Of a DNA stretch of 64,000 bases, positions 49,690 through 61,056 are shown piece by piece. Below the pieces are notes generated by a model. It did no database searches, was not told the DNA's origin, and saw only the letters and a program-made list of their open reading frames with translations. Each line of letters begins with the position of its first letter. Position 1 is the first letter of the stretch. Source of the stretch: Octopus vulgaris (lineage: Eukaryota); assembly GCA_951406725.2 (NCBI GenBank), contig OX597829.1:53940001-54004000 (forward strand), read 5' to 3'. Position numbers and translations under genes: made by a program.

Positions 49690-50340
49690 GATGGGTAAAT
49701 TGTCATCATTTTATATTTTTAATTTTGCACGTGGACATTGTTTGTTTTTGATTTTGTTGACTACACAGTATAGTAGGGTCGACTGGACACTGTCTGTGAG
49801 AAAAACAGCACCATGATGCAATTCACTCTGTTAGAAATTTGGAAAGAACATGCTGTACTGCTTTGCATTCATGCCAGAAGCTCCAATATGAACATTTCAG
49901 AGTGTTTGGGTGTCAATTTGAGGACATGTACTGAGAGTTATAAAAATCAATCATCCAGTCAACATCATGGTGTTTCAAGTGATCATTTGTAATGGTGACG
50001 TTATGCCTCCATTCATCTTCCCAAACGGTGCCACACTCAAAACAGGGGCCTACATCAAGTGCCTGGAGGAGGTAGTGCTGTCAGACAATTTCTGCAACGA
50101 CATCACTCCTAACATCTAGCCACCTAACTCCCCAGATTGCAACCCCCTTGATTATTATGTATGGGGCACAGTTAAGCGAGAGACCAACAAAACGCCTTGT
50201 AACACCAAAGATGAACTGAAGGCAAGGATTATGGCAGCATTCACCAACTTAAACAAGGAGACCATCCAGAAGAGTTGCAAGAGATTCTGAAGTTATCTGG
50301 AGGCTGTGGTTGGTGCCAATGGCGATTTTATTGAATATAT
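49690..50340 (+). mobile_element. Internally deleted Tc1-like (maT/DD37D-type) transposon
   Basis: IMVFQVIICNGDVMPPFIFP...PPNSPDCNPLDYYVWGTVKRETNKTPCNTKDELKARI...LEAVVGANGDFIE. Confidence 0.8.
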
Positions 50341-50762
50341 AATATAAATAATATATATATATGCATATATACATACATATATATGTATGTACACACGCAT
50401 ATATGGGTACAGGAGGTCAAAAAGATGTAAACAGTATAAAAAACAAGAACATGAAATACAAAAACATGGAAAATGAACTTTTTTTTGCAACGAAAGAAAA
50501 AATAGTCAGCATGGAAAACAGATGTTAAATGATGATGATGTATGTATATATATATATACACAATATATATATACATGTATATATACATACACACACATAT
50601 ATACACGTATATATACACACGCACATATATACACATGTATATATTTTCACACACACACACACACAATATAAAAAATAGAGAAAAAAGATAACAAGAAAGA
50701 AACAACATGAGGATGTGGTACATGCAAAGTATTAGCAGACACTCAGGGAAGGAAAAAAAGGA

Positions 50763-50799
50763 TGTTTTATATTTCGAGCAAAGCTCTTCTTCAGAAACA
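50763..50799 (-). ncRNA. Minimal (37-nt) type-I hammerhead ribozyme motif
   Basis: TGTTT-CTGAAGA-a-GAGC-ttt-GCTC-GAAA-TA-TA-AAACA; stems I and II are perfect. Confidence 0.75.
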
Positions 50800-51107
50800 G
50801 GAGACAGAGGAAAGTCCAAGAGAATAGGAAGATGGGGGGAAAAAATTGCCAACAATCCATATGTAGATATATGTATATATCTATATACACACACACACAC
50901 ATATATATAGTCAATTCAAATAAACAAACAATTCCAATAAATGAATAAAAAATGGAAAAACAAACATGAGAATGTGCACAAAAAGTGTATCAGCTTGACG
51001 CTCATTGAAGAGGAGAAAGGGAAATGTCCAAAGAAGAAGAAATCATCAATGGCCCACATGTAGTTAAATTGCTGAAGTAGAAGCTGTAAGTGTAGACGTA
51101 GGTGATG

Positions 51108-51870
51108 GTTAGTTAGTTAGTTAGTTAGTTAATTTTTTGGCTCAAAAAGCAAAAAGCAAGGCCATGCAAGGGGACATGGAGTTATGTACAGGGTGGTGTT
51201 CATGTAAAGAGTTCAAGCCACTTGTGGTCAAGGGAGACTTTGAACCGAGTGGTCGTCGGCATCTTCACTATCTCGTCCGGCAGCTTATTCCATGGATCCG
51301 CAACCCAGACGGAGAAAGCCTCTCTCCTTTGATTGAGATGAAATCATTGCAGCTTTTCGGAGTGACCCCGCAGCCGACGCTCTGGAGCAGGAGTGAAGAA
51401 CAGCTCTTTCGAGAGGTTACACTTTCCGCTTATGATGTTGTGAGCAAGAATGAGATCACCACGGCGGCGACGTTTTTCTAGAGAATAAAGGTCGAGCATC
51501 TTCAGCCTTTCTTCATAAGACAAATGCTTGAGACCAAGAACCATGCGAGTAGCCAGCTTCTGGACTCTTTCGAGATGCTGTATGTCTTTGAGGAGATAAG
51601 GAGAAGAGGCTTGAATCCCGTATTCCAATATGGGTCTCACCAGCATGACACAGAGCGGTAGGAATATGGCTGCTGTGAGCATTCCAAATGACCGTCAAAT
51701 CAAGAACAGAACTCCGCGTGCTTTGTTGGCAGCACGGACGCACTGGGCCGAAGGCGAAAAGGAAGAATCCACCAAGATACTCAGGTCCTTTACCTGGTCG
51801 GTCCTCTCCAGCAGCAGACGACCCGGCTCGAAATCAAGTTGAGTTGCAGGAGAAGAGCCAACAGGCAGAT
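51108..51870 (-). mobile_element. CR1-clade LINE 3' end with (TAAC)n tail
   Basis: VKDLSILVDSSFSPSAQC..LVRPILEYG...LERVQKLATRMV.GLKHLSYEERLKMLDLYSLEKRRRRGDLI. Confidence 0.9.
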
Positions 51871-52469
51871 GACAGCATGGTGAGGAGGAGGAGGAAAAAA
51901 GGAAGGAGAGTGGAAAGAGAACTGAAGAAGAGTGAAGAGAAAAGAAGTGGAAGAGTCACGGACAAATATGTACATATATTGCTTAGGCATTGCTTGACTA
52001 ATAACCTGGTGTAGAACTCAAGATATGTATACTTCAAAACAAAGTGTTAGACAAGTATAGAGTGGTAATAAGGAAAAGAGATGACAAAGGGAGTGGGAAA
52101 GAATCGTTTTTATTCCTTTGTCATTTTTTTTTCTTATATATAAAAACCATACAAATCCATACAAAACTAATATACGTATGCACATGTTTGTATGTAAATA
52201 TGGATTTGTAGATGAATGTGCATGTATATAGAAATACATTTTTGCTATACCCAGGTAATATTTTGAAACCGAACCTAATGTTTCACCTGACTGTTCACTG
52301 CACCTGTGTGTTTAATTGATGCATTTTGTCTACACACCTTTTTGAACAAATATTTCACAGCATATGAGACACTGATTCTCAAAAAAAAGTTTTTTAAAAA
52401 TCCATTCTGGATTTTATATATGATGTTACCCGCTACCTCCATTAGCTAACTTTTCCCCAGATGTTCACT

Positions 52470-52672
52470 GCTACTCTTTACTCTTTTACTTGTTTCAGTC
52501 ATTTGACTGCGGTCATGTTGGAGCACCGTCTTTAGTCGATTAAATCGACCCTGGGACTTATTCTTTGTAAGCCCAGTACTTATTCTATCGGTCTCTTTTG
52601 CCGAACCGCTAACTGACGGGGATGTAAACACACCAGCATTGGTTGTCAAGCAATGCTAGGGGACAAACACAG

Positions 52673-52703
<31 letters not shown>

Positions 52704-52877
52704 CATATATACGACAGGCTTCTTTCAGTTTCCGTCTACCAAATCCACTCACAAGGCATTGGTCGGCCCGGGGCTTTAGCAAAAGACACTTGCCCAATAT
52801 GCCACGCAGTGGGACTGAACCCGCAACCATGTGGTTGGTTAGCAAGCTACTTACCACACAGCCACTCCTGCGCCTAT
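52470..52877 (-). mobile_element. SINE family A
   Basis: Full length. Confidence 0.9.
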
Positions 52878-55724
52878 GCTATAGGCTAATTTTAAAACAG
52901 ATGGTCTCTTATATGCAGCAAAGTGGAGGAAATAGCAGAAGATAATTTTCCTCCAAATGGTTGAATTGCTAAGTACAAGAAGCATAGAAAACAATTTGCA
53001 CTTTATTTCAGATGCAGTGAAAGGACACAATTCTATTCAAACACTACTGGAAACTCCTTCCAAGTTCTCCATATTAGGTCCAAACTTTAGAGGAGCTACT
53101 CGAAGGGCTTGCACAATGAGAGATAGGTTAGGTGAGCTTTCAGAAATGCTAGGGTATAGACAAGTGTGCAAGATTCATGAGAGAGGGGTACCACAGACAA
53201 GCTCCTTGCAGGCAAGAAATAGGTGTGTAAATTCTTCTGTCCAGGTAAGTGTGAGGGCATTGGTGAAATTGGTATTCTATTAGCACTACTAATACCACCA
53301 CCACCACCACCACCACTACTACTACTACATCATCATCATCATCATTTAACATCCATTTTCCATCAAGACATGTGACAAAATTCTTAAACTAAAGCTAGTT
53401 GTAGGCAAAACAATGTGACAGTTATCTCCACTTACACACCCCATCCATGACTGGTGAATGACCAGAAGGACCATTTTGTTGAGTTTATCTAGCAGATGAC
53501 AATTTCATTACAGCTGATCATTTTAGTGGACATACTGGACAATAACCATAATGCTTTTCTAGTGTCCATAGTAGTTATGGATTTGGATAATATGAGGAAG
53601 GATCAAGGTTCCAAGAGTTCTGCGATGCAAACGACCTCACAATAAGAAATATGAACTTCAGGAAACCACTCAGCCACTTGATTATTTACCAATAAGGTGA
53701 ACACAAGAACCGGATAGATTTTATTCTCACCAGAAAGCAGAACAAGCAGATAACTGTAAACCGTAAATTCTTCCCAGATGAAGAATGCATCTCCCAACAT
53801 AGACTAGTAGTTAGTGATTCCAAAATAATGGCTGGTCTACTTTAGCAACGAGATAATTTGGAAGAGGAGGAAGAGCTGGAAGTGGAGAAATTCAAATTCC
53901 TCTGTTAGTCATATATTCAGAGAGGTATTAACCAATGCTTAGATAGTGGAGATAAAGACTCACAGAGTAAAACTGGCAGTTTTTAGAGAACAATCTGCTA
54001 AAGACTACAGGCTAGACTTGTGAGAAGATTCTGCAGGTTTGGTCATGTGGTGTGGATAGATGCTGACAGCTCCATAAAGAAGTACTGTCCAATCAAAGTG
54101 GATGGAACTTGTGGAAGAGGGAAACCCAGGAAGACATCGGACAAAGTAATGAAGTGTAAGGCTCCAGCCAAGCATAGGGTGACGGAATGGAAGGAGAAAT
54201 ACTGTAGACAGTGCTGTAACAGTAAAGAGACAGGCATGGAAAGACAAAGAGAGGGTGCAATAGAGAAAATTACCAAATTGCTGATAAAGAAACCAACCAT
54301 TAGATACACATTGAAAGGGGAAAAGCAGAAAAGAAGTTTGCGCATTTTTTGCAGAATGAGGGTCAGAGCTGTGGCATTGCTACACAGTGTGTTAGAGAAA
54401 GGGGAAAATTTTGTTGGGGAGAAGTGCGTAAAGAATAATAAAGGCACAGATGATCTTACTGACGCTAAGAAAGGCATGGAAATGCTACTATGAGGCTACT
54501 GGATGTGGAGAATGCCTGAGATTGATGGAGAGAGAGATAGATGGACAGACAAACAGAGCCTACCGCATCTAAACCCTCCCACTACATAGAAGGACTGGTT
54601 ATCCAAGTTTGCCAGCAGTATGGTAGATAGAGCAATGAAGGGTATGAAGATAGCGAAAGCAGTCGAGTCATCAAAGATAGTTGCTGAAATGCTTAAAATA
54701 TCTAGCAAAATAGGGGACAGGATATTCACTCAAAAATACAAAAGCATTACACCCAATGACCAGCATTGCAGTATAATCGTAAGCTGCATGAAGGGCAGAA
54801 GAGAGGCACCAGAGAGAAATAGCTACAAAAGCATCAAACTGTTGAACCAGTTACAGAAACAGTTATTGGAAAACTTATTAGGAACAGGATTATTGTAGAA
54901 AAATGCAGTTCAACTTTGTCCAAGGAAGAGGCACCAGTGATGTGATATTCTTTGTAAAAAGCTACAGGACAAATATACAAGGAATATGCAACTAAACCTA
55001 GTGTTTAGTGATCTAGAAAAGGACTTTGACAGAATCCCTGACATCATGATTTGGTGGTCACAAAAAAATTAAGAATAAATGAATGGTTTGTTAAGGGTCA
55101 TACAAGCTATGAGTGAAGGAGCAGTCAGCAAGGTGAGAATCAGCAACAAATTCAGGGAAGATCAGGGTTCAGTTCTCAGCTCCAGCCTCTATTTGTTATA
55201 ATCCTCTCAGCCATAACAGTTCCTTAGGGAACTGTGTACTAATGACTTAGCTCTTGTAGTAGAATCAATAGAACTGAAACTGAAATTCCAGACAGGAAAG
55301 CAAAATCTAGAATTGAAACACCTTAATGTAAACTTAGCAAAAAACCAAAGTTTTAGTAAGTAGAAAGAAGGATGGAACTGTTACAGAGTCAAGGAAACAA
55401 CTATTCTCCACTAGCAGGAAAGATGGTAGAAATTCATAAATTGTGCCCATTGTAAGCAATGGAGACACAAAAGGTGGAGAGGGGTTAAAGGTAGGTTAAT
55501 AGAGAAGGCAGACTTCAGATGCACCTGTTGCATCAAGATACAAAGCACTTAGAGTGAACAGGTAATAGATTCTATCAAATGCCCAGATGGATCCCTAGAA
55601 ATGTTTGATAGTTTTTTGCTACCCAGATGAACAAATTAACAGGGGGGGGGGGGTTCTGAAAGTTTGGTAGTTAGAACAAGAATAGGCTGGAGAAGGTTTA
55701 GGATGCTGACAACAAAGATCTTAT

Positions 55725-55773
55725 AGTTCTATATTTAAAATTTCGAGTTCGATTCCATGCAGTGACCTGAACA

Positions 55774-55819
<46 letters not shown>

Positions 55820-55969
55820 CATAGAAAAATACCTTGGGAACGAGAACCCAGGTTCAAAATTTCCCCAAGACCCTTGATGAAGGCTGGAGGGTATATCAGC
55901 CGAAATGTTGTGTTAGCAACAAACAAGACGAGGACAAATATCCGTCAAATGTAAATAATGTAAATAATG
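55725..55969 (+). mobile_element. Hammerhead-SINE family copy with 14-bp TSD
   Basis: TSD AACAAAGATCTTAT at 55711-55724 and 55970-55983. A short inverted tail is followed by B box GAGTTCGATTCC, (TAA)n and TTGATGA-aGGCTGG..TCAGCC-GAAA-TG-TT-GTGTT. Confidence 0.8.
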
Positions 55970-56284
55970 AACAAAGATCTTATTCTTTAAGGTCAAAGGC
56001 AGATTGTACAATGCTGGCATGCAAGATGTGCTGCTGCATAGCAGCAAGACATGAGCCTCGAGGGCAGAAGAAAAGAGGTATACATACATCAGAGGATGTG
56101 CCATGATGGTATGCAAGCATGACAAATTATAAATGAACTGGGAGTCAGACTATGTATAAGAAGAATCAGATGTGGTATGCAAGAGAGAAGCCTGCATTGG
56201 TCTGAGCATGCAATGTAAATGGAAGATGTCAGCTGCAAGAGGAAAATGCCAAATGCTCAAAACGAATATCACCTGTGGGAAAGG

Positions 56285-56666
56285 CAGTCCGTCAGTTATG
56301 ACGATGAGGGTTCCGGTTGATCCGACAAACGGAACAGCCTGCTCGTGAAATTAACGTGTAAGTGGCTGAGCACTCCACAGACACGTGTACCCTTAACGTA
56401 GTTCTCGGAGATATTCAGCGTGACACAGAGAGTGACAAGGCCGGCCCTTTGAAATACAGGTACAACAGAAACAGGAAGAAAGAGTGAGAGAAAGTTGTAG
56501 CGAAAGAGTACAGCAGGGATCACCACCATCCCCTGCCGGAGCCTCGTGGAGCCTTTTTAGGTGTTTTCACTCAATAAACACTCACAACGCCCGGTCTGGT
56601 AATCGAAACCGCGATCCTACGACCACGAGTCCGCTGCCCTAACCACTGGGCCATTGCACCTCCACT
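56285..56666 (-). mobile_element. Young tRNA-derived SINE with perfect 28-bp TSD
   Basis: TSD TCAAAACGAATATCACCTGTGGGAAAGG at 56257-56284 and 56667-56694; A box TGGCCCAGTGG, B box GGTTTCGATTACC. Confidence 0.9.
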
Positions 56667-58078
56667 TCAAAACGAATATCACCTGTGGGAAAGGAAGAGC
56701 AAAGAAAGTGAGGATGAGGTGGTGAAAAATAAGAAAATGATTGGAGACCATGCTGGTTGGTGATACATGGTACTGCAGAAGACCTGTGCTAAGCCAACAA
56801 GCATAGAACATGCCCCCCCCCTTTGTTGTGCCTATTCTAGTACTCTTTGGACAAATATTACCATGCATCTCCACCCATTTGTTGTCCACTCCATAGCCCC
56901 CTCATCCCACTACTACCCTCTGTTCCACCTATTCAGTACTCTTTCATCATGCCATGCCACATATAACCGATAGGAAAATGGTTGATTTGTGCATACCGAA
57001 TATCACCTATTCCCAAACTTTCTCCACCTATACCCTGCTGCCCCTCTTTCCTCCCAAATCATAAATCATGATGCCAGAATAAGAAGGGATTGCAATAGAT
57101 TAACCTTTACCTACCTTTCCCAATTCTCTTGTCACAATGATCCCTTGGACGTCTTACCTTGAGGACATAGCCTGGCCCCACTCATCATCATCAAATCTAC
57201 CTCTCCTTTATCTATCACTCTAACCACCCATATATAATGTAGGGTAGCTCTAACTCTTGTCCAATTCAATCTTCTCGCACTCCTTCTTCACTGCTGATGT
57301 AGATTAGCATAACACTGTCCCATCACCAACCCTCTAATGTTACTTTCATTTCCTTCCTCTTACCTCCACTCATTTCCTTCCTCTTACCGCCACTCCTTTC
57401 CCAATATTAAACCCCAGTAATTCCAATCACAACTGTTTTGGACCCTAACAAATCATTCAACCCATGCTGGCAAAGCAGACAGGCTGACCCACCCCACCAC
57501 TGAATCAACCTACTCAACCCATTACCATACTGTCCCCCACCCCTTTCTCTGACCCCTCTAATTCCACCCCAAACTATCCCATCTCTTATTCCACTCATTA
57601 TTATCCTCCCACAATAAACCGGTTTCTTTCCACCATAGGAGACTCCCTTTTTGCTATACAAGTGACCCCAACAGAGCTGGTACCACAAAAAACACGCAGT
57701 TTATTCTAAGTATCTGGTAATCAATCTGAACAGCTACAATACATGTCTTTTGTCAAACCATTGTTATAGGGATGTAAACAAACCAACACTGGTTAAGCAA
57801 TGGTGAGAGGCAAACACACACACACACAAACCACAGACTTTTGAGTTTGTGTCCACCAAATCGACTCACAAGGCTTTGGTTGGTTTGGGGTTATAGTAAG
57901 TAACATGGCAACGTTTACCACCCAGTACAAACAAGAGACATTACAGTACAATGGGATACCCTTACACATTGAATCCACCCAGACCATCCTAGGCATGACA
58001 ACTTGGAAAGTAGGTATAAAGTGATGATGATATACATGTGTATACATGTGTGTGTGTACATATACAAACATATATGTG

Positions 58079-58112
<34 letters not shown>

Positions 58113-58203
58113 AACACATAAATAAACAAGGTGGAAAAATGTACTCAAATACCAGTGGTAGAGTAATATGCTTTATTTTAAGCAGCAGAAAATTCAACAA
58201 AAT

Positions 58204-58237
58204 CTGTTACTCTGAGTTTCCGTGCGTCGTCGGACAG
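58204..58237 (-). ncRNA. Hammerhead-like motif with variant core, within pLTR-like repeat 58120-58240
   Basis: CTGT-CCGACGA-cgcacg-GAAA-CTCAGAG-TA-ACAG. Confidence 0.55.
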
Positions 58238-58273
<36 letters not shown>

Positions 58274-58278
58274 GTATG

Positions 58279-58365
<87 letters not shown>

Positions 58366-58399
58366 TTATGTATGTGTATGTATATATATACACACAATG

Positions 58400-58860
58400 G
58401 TTAACACTCAGTGATAAAGGAGAATTTATCATCAAACCAAGACTACACTTTAAAAAAATGTTATGCTCAGTGTTTGGTGGGATGTGAAGAGTGTTGTCAA
58501 ATAGTTAACGTGAAGAAGTATTGTAATTATTTGGAATCATTGCACAAAAATTTGTAGGAAAGGGATCCATCCTTGGTCTGTTGTAAATGGTTGTTACTCT
58601 TCCACATACTGCCCAAGCCATGCAGGAAAAGAGTATAGCATTAAATGTGGAGTTTTTGCATCCTCCTCCTCCTTATTCTCCTGATTAACAGTTCCATCTG
58701 ACTATCGTCTTTTCAGATCATTGCAACATTATTTAGAAAAAGAAAAATTTATTATAGTTTCTTTTCTTCAACACCTTTAGAATTTTACACCCAAGAGATC
58801 AACAATTGTCAAATAGATGGAACTATATTATCAATAAAGAGGTTAAGTATTATCTTGAAT
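58400..58860 (+). mobile_element. mariner transposase fossil
   Basis: KPRLHFKKML.., LHPPPPYSPD..PSDYRLFRSLQHYLE. Confidence 0.7.
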
Positions 58861-59099
58861 CAGTATAACCATCAAGACCATTTGTTTCTTTCCCAGCCTA
58901 AAATGCAACAGGACTTTCTTTCCAACATAACACAGGCACATTAGTGTATATTTCTTTTCTCTCCACCCCCAATTCTAGAAATATATACTTATAAATATCT
59001 TCATTTATGTAAGTTAAAAACAACCCCCTTTTTTTTTCTCCCTTTTTATATGCTTGGATACTATCTTTTTTTTCCACTCCACTTCCTTTACAATAATAA

Positions 59100-59532
59100 T
59101 GCATTCCAGTGGCACATAAAAAGCACCTTTCGAGCATGGGGCCTCATGGAGATAATGTGGCCCAAAATGGTGTTGTGGAACTGGTAACAGTGCCTGTGGC
59201 AAGTAAAAAGTACCTTTTGAGTGCTGGGCCTTATGAAGGTAATGTCAAATGACTGAGACCTTTGACAATATGCTGTGCTTGAGAAGGAAGATCCATCAAG
59301 CTGAGTGAAATTGTAATCGTGGCAGATATTGGTGTCACACAACTGGCACCCATGTTGGTGGCACGTAAAAGTGGTTGGCTGGAGTAGTTGACATTAGGAA
59401 GGGCATCCAGCCATAGAAACCATGCCAAATCAGACTGGAGTCTGGTGCAGCCCCTCAGCTTACCAGCCCTGGTTAAACCATCCAACCCATGCCAGCATGG
59501 ACAACAGACGTTCAATGATGATGATGATGATG
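59100..59532 (+). mobile_element. Older RTE 3' end/UTR
   Basis: RDL..YAVLEK remnant, tandem units and (GAT)n tail. Confidence 0.7.
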
Positions 59533-59634
59533 ATAAGAACTCAATTCTCATTTTCTCCTCTCGTAAACGTTTTGCCACATTCATTCATCAAGTAAGTTCT
59601 CTATGTGTATTGAACTTTATATATTATGATGCTC

Positions 59635-60068
59635 TTTACTCTTTTCTCTTTTACTTGTTTCAGTCATTTGACTGCGGCCATGCTGGAGCACCGCCTTTTA
59701 GTCGTGCAAATCAACCCCAGGACTTATTCTTTGTAAGCCCAGTACTTATTCTATCGCTCTCTTTTGCCGAACCGCTAAGTGACGGGGACATAAACACACC
59801 AGCATCGGTTGTCAAGCAATGCTAGGGGGACAAACACAGACACACAAACACACACATACATATATACGACAGGCTTCTTTCAGTTTCCGTCTACTAAATC
59901 CACTCACAAGGCATTGGTCGGCCCGGGGCTATAGTAGAAGACATTTGCCCAAGATGCCACACAGTGAGACTGAACCCGGAACTATGTGGTTGGTTAGCAA
60001 GCTACTTACCACACAGCCACTCCTGTGCCTATAGCAAGCGACTTACCACACAGCCACTCCTGCACCTA
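59635..60068 (-). mobile_element. SINE family A with duplicated 5' end
   Basis: Full length; AGCAAGC..ACTTACCACACAGCCACTCCTG..CCTAT occurs twice. Confidence 0.88.
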
Positions 60069-60792
60069 TGATGTGTAGAATTGTTTTATGTTTCTTATTT
60101 ATTCACTTAAAAATCCTTGGCTGTCTGCCACACAATTACACTGCATCAAGTCCATCCAACACACAACTTGTACTTCAACCTTTCATCCTCTATAATTGCC
60201 AGTGTCCTCTCATGGGGGCATGATACAACAACCTCCGCTCTGTCCCACATGAAGATTCTGCACAGAGCCTAACCAACAATAACAATAAAATTGTAGCAAA
60301 CACTAAAACAACAACGAAAATAATATCATTAAGTGTGTTTGTTGATAGCAGTTGTAAACATCACTGATGGTATCTTGTGTGCCCCATGCAGAGAATGAAT
60401 AAATGATGATAAACTTAATGAAAGGTCAAACATAATTCTGTGAGTAAATCTTATTATTGCAGGCAAACCATAACACATGCTTTCATATTCCTTACAGGTT
60501 TGGGCGTTATCAAACAACAACAAACAGTTTTACCACTGAAAACCTGCCTCCTCTGTCAGTTCCAAAACTTCAGGGACACAACCATCAATAAAGGCATGCT
60601 AAAAGTTAGGTCTTGTGAAATTGTGAAGATGCTGAAGTGGAGACAAGTGGGTGTGTTTCATGTGCAAGTAGTAAGATGTAAAGATTCCTCAGTTAAACCC
60701 CTCACAGGCATGAAACAATACAAATTTTTTCTGGTTAGTTTAAAAAACCTGGAGTAAGCATACTGTAAGATGAAAAATGAAGTAGATAAGGT

Positions 60793-61056
60793 TGATGCCA
60801 GCACCGCCTTGACTGGCTTCTGTGCCGGTGGCACGTAAAAAGCACCAATCCAATTGTGGCCGCTGCCAGCCTTGCCTGGCACCTGTGCTGGTGGCACGTA
60901 AAAAGCACCCACTACACTCATGGAATGGTTGGTGTTAGGAAGGGCATCCAGCTGTAGAAACACTGCCAGATAAGACTGGAGCCTGGTGCAGCCTTCTGGC
61001 TTCCCAGATCCCTGGTCGAACCGTCCAACCCATGCTAGCATGGAGAACAGATGTTA
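60793..61056 (+). mobile_element. RTE 3'-tail insertion with ~18-bp TSD
   Basis: AAATGAAGTAGATAAGGT flanks both sides. Confidence 0.85.

Larger units (their letters stand above)
53490..56790 (+). mobile_element. Long, heavily decayed RTE LINE (EN to C-terminus) with nested insertions
   Basis: EN remnants (IDFILT..., QHRLVVSD), YKSIKLL, DLEKDFDRIP, QGSVLS, NLAKT, PHD cysteines and C-terminus; interrupted at 55725 and 56285. Confidence 0.75.
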
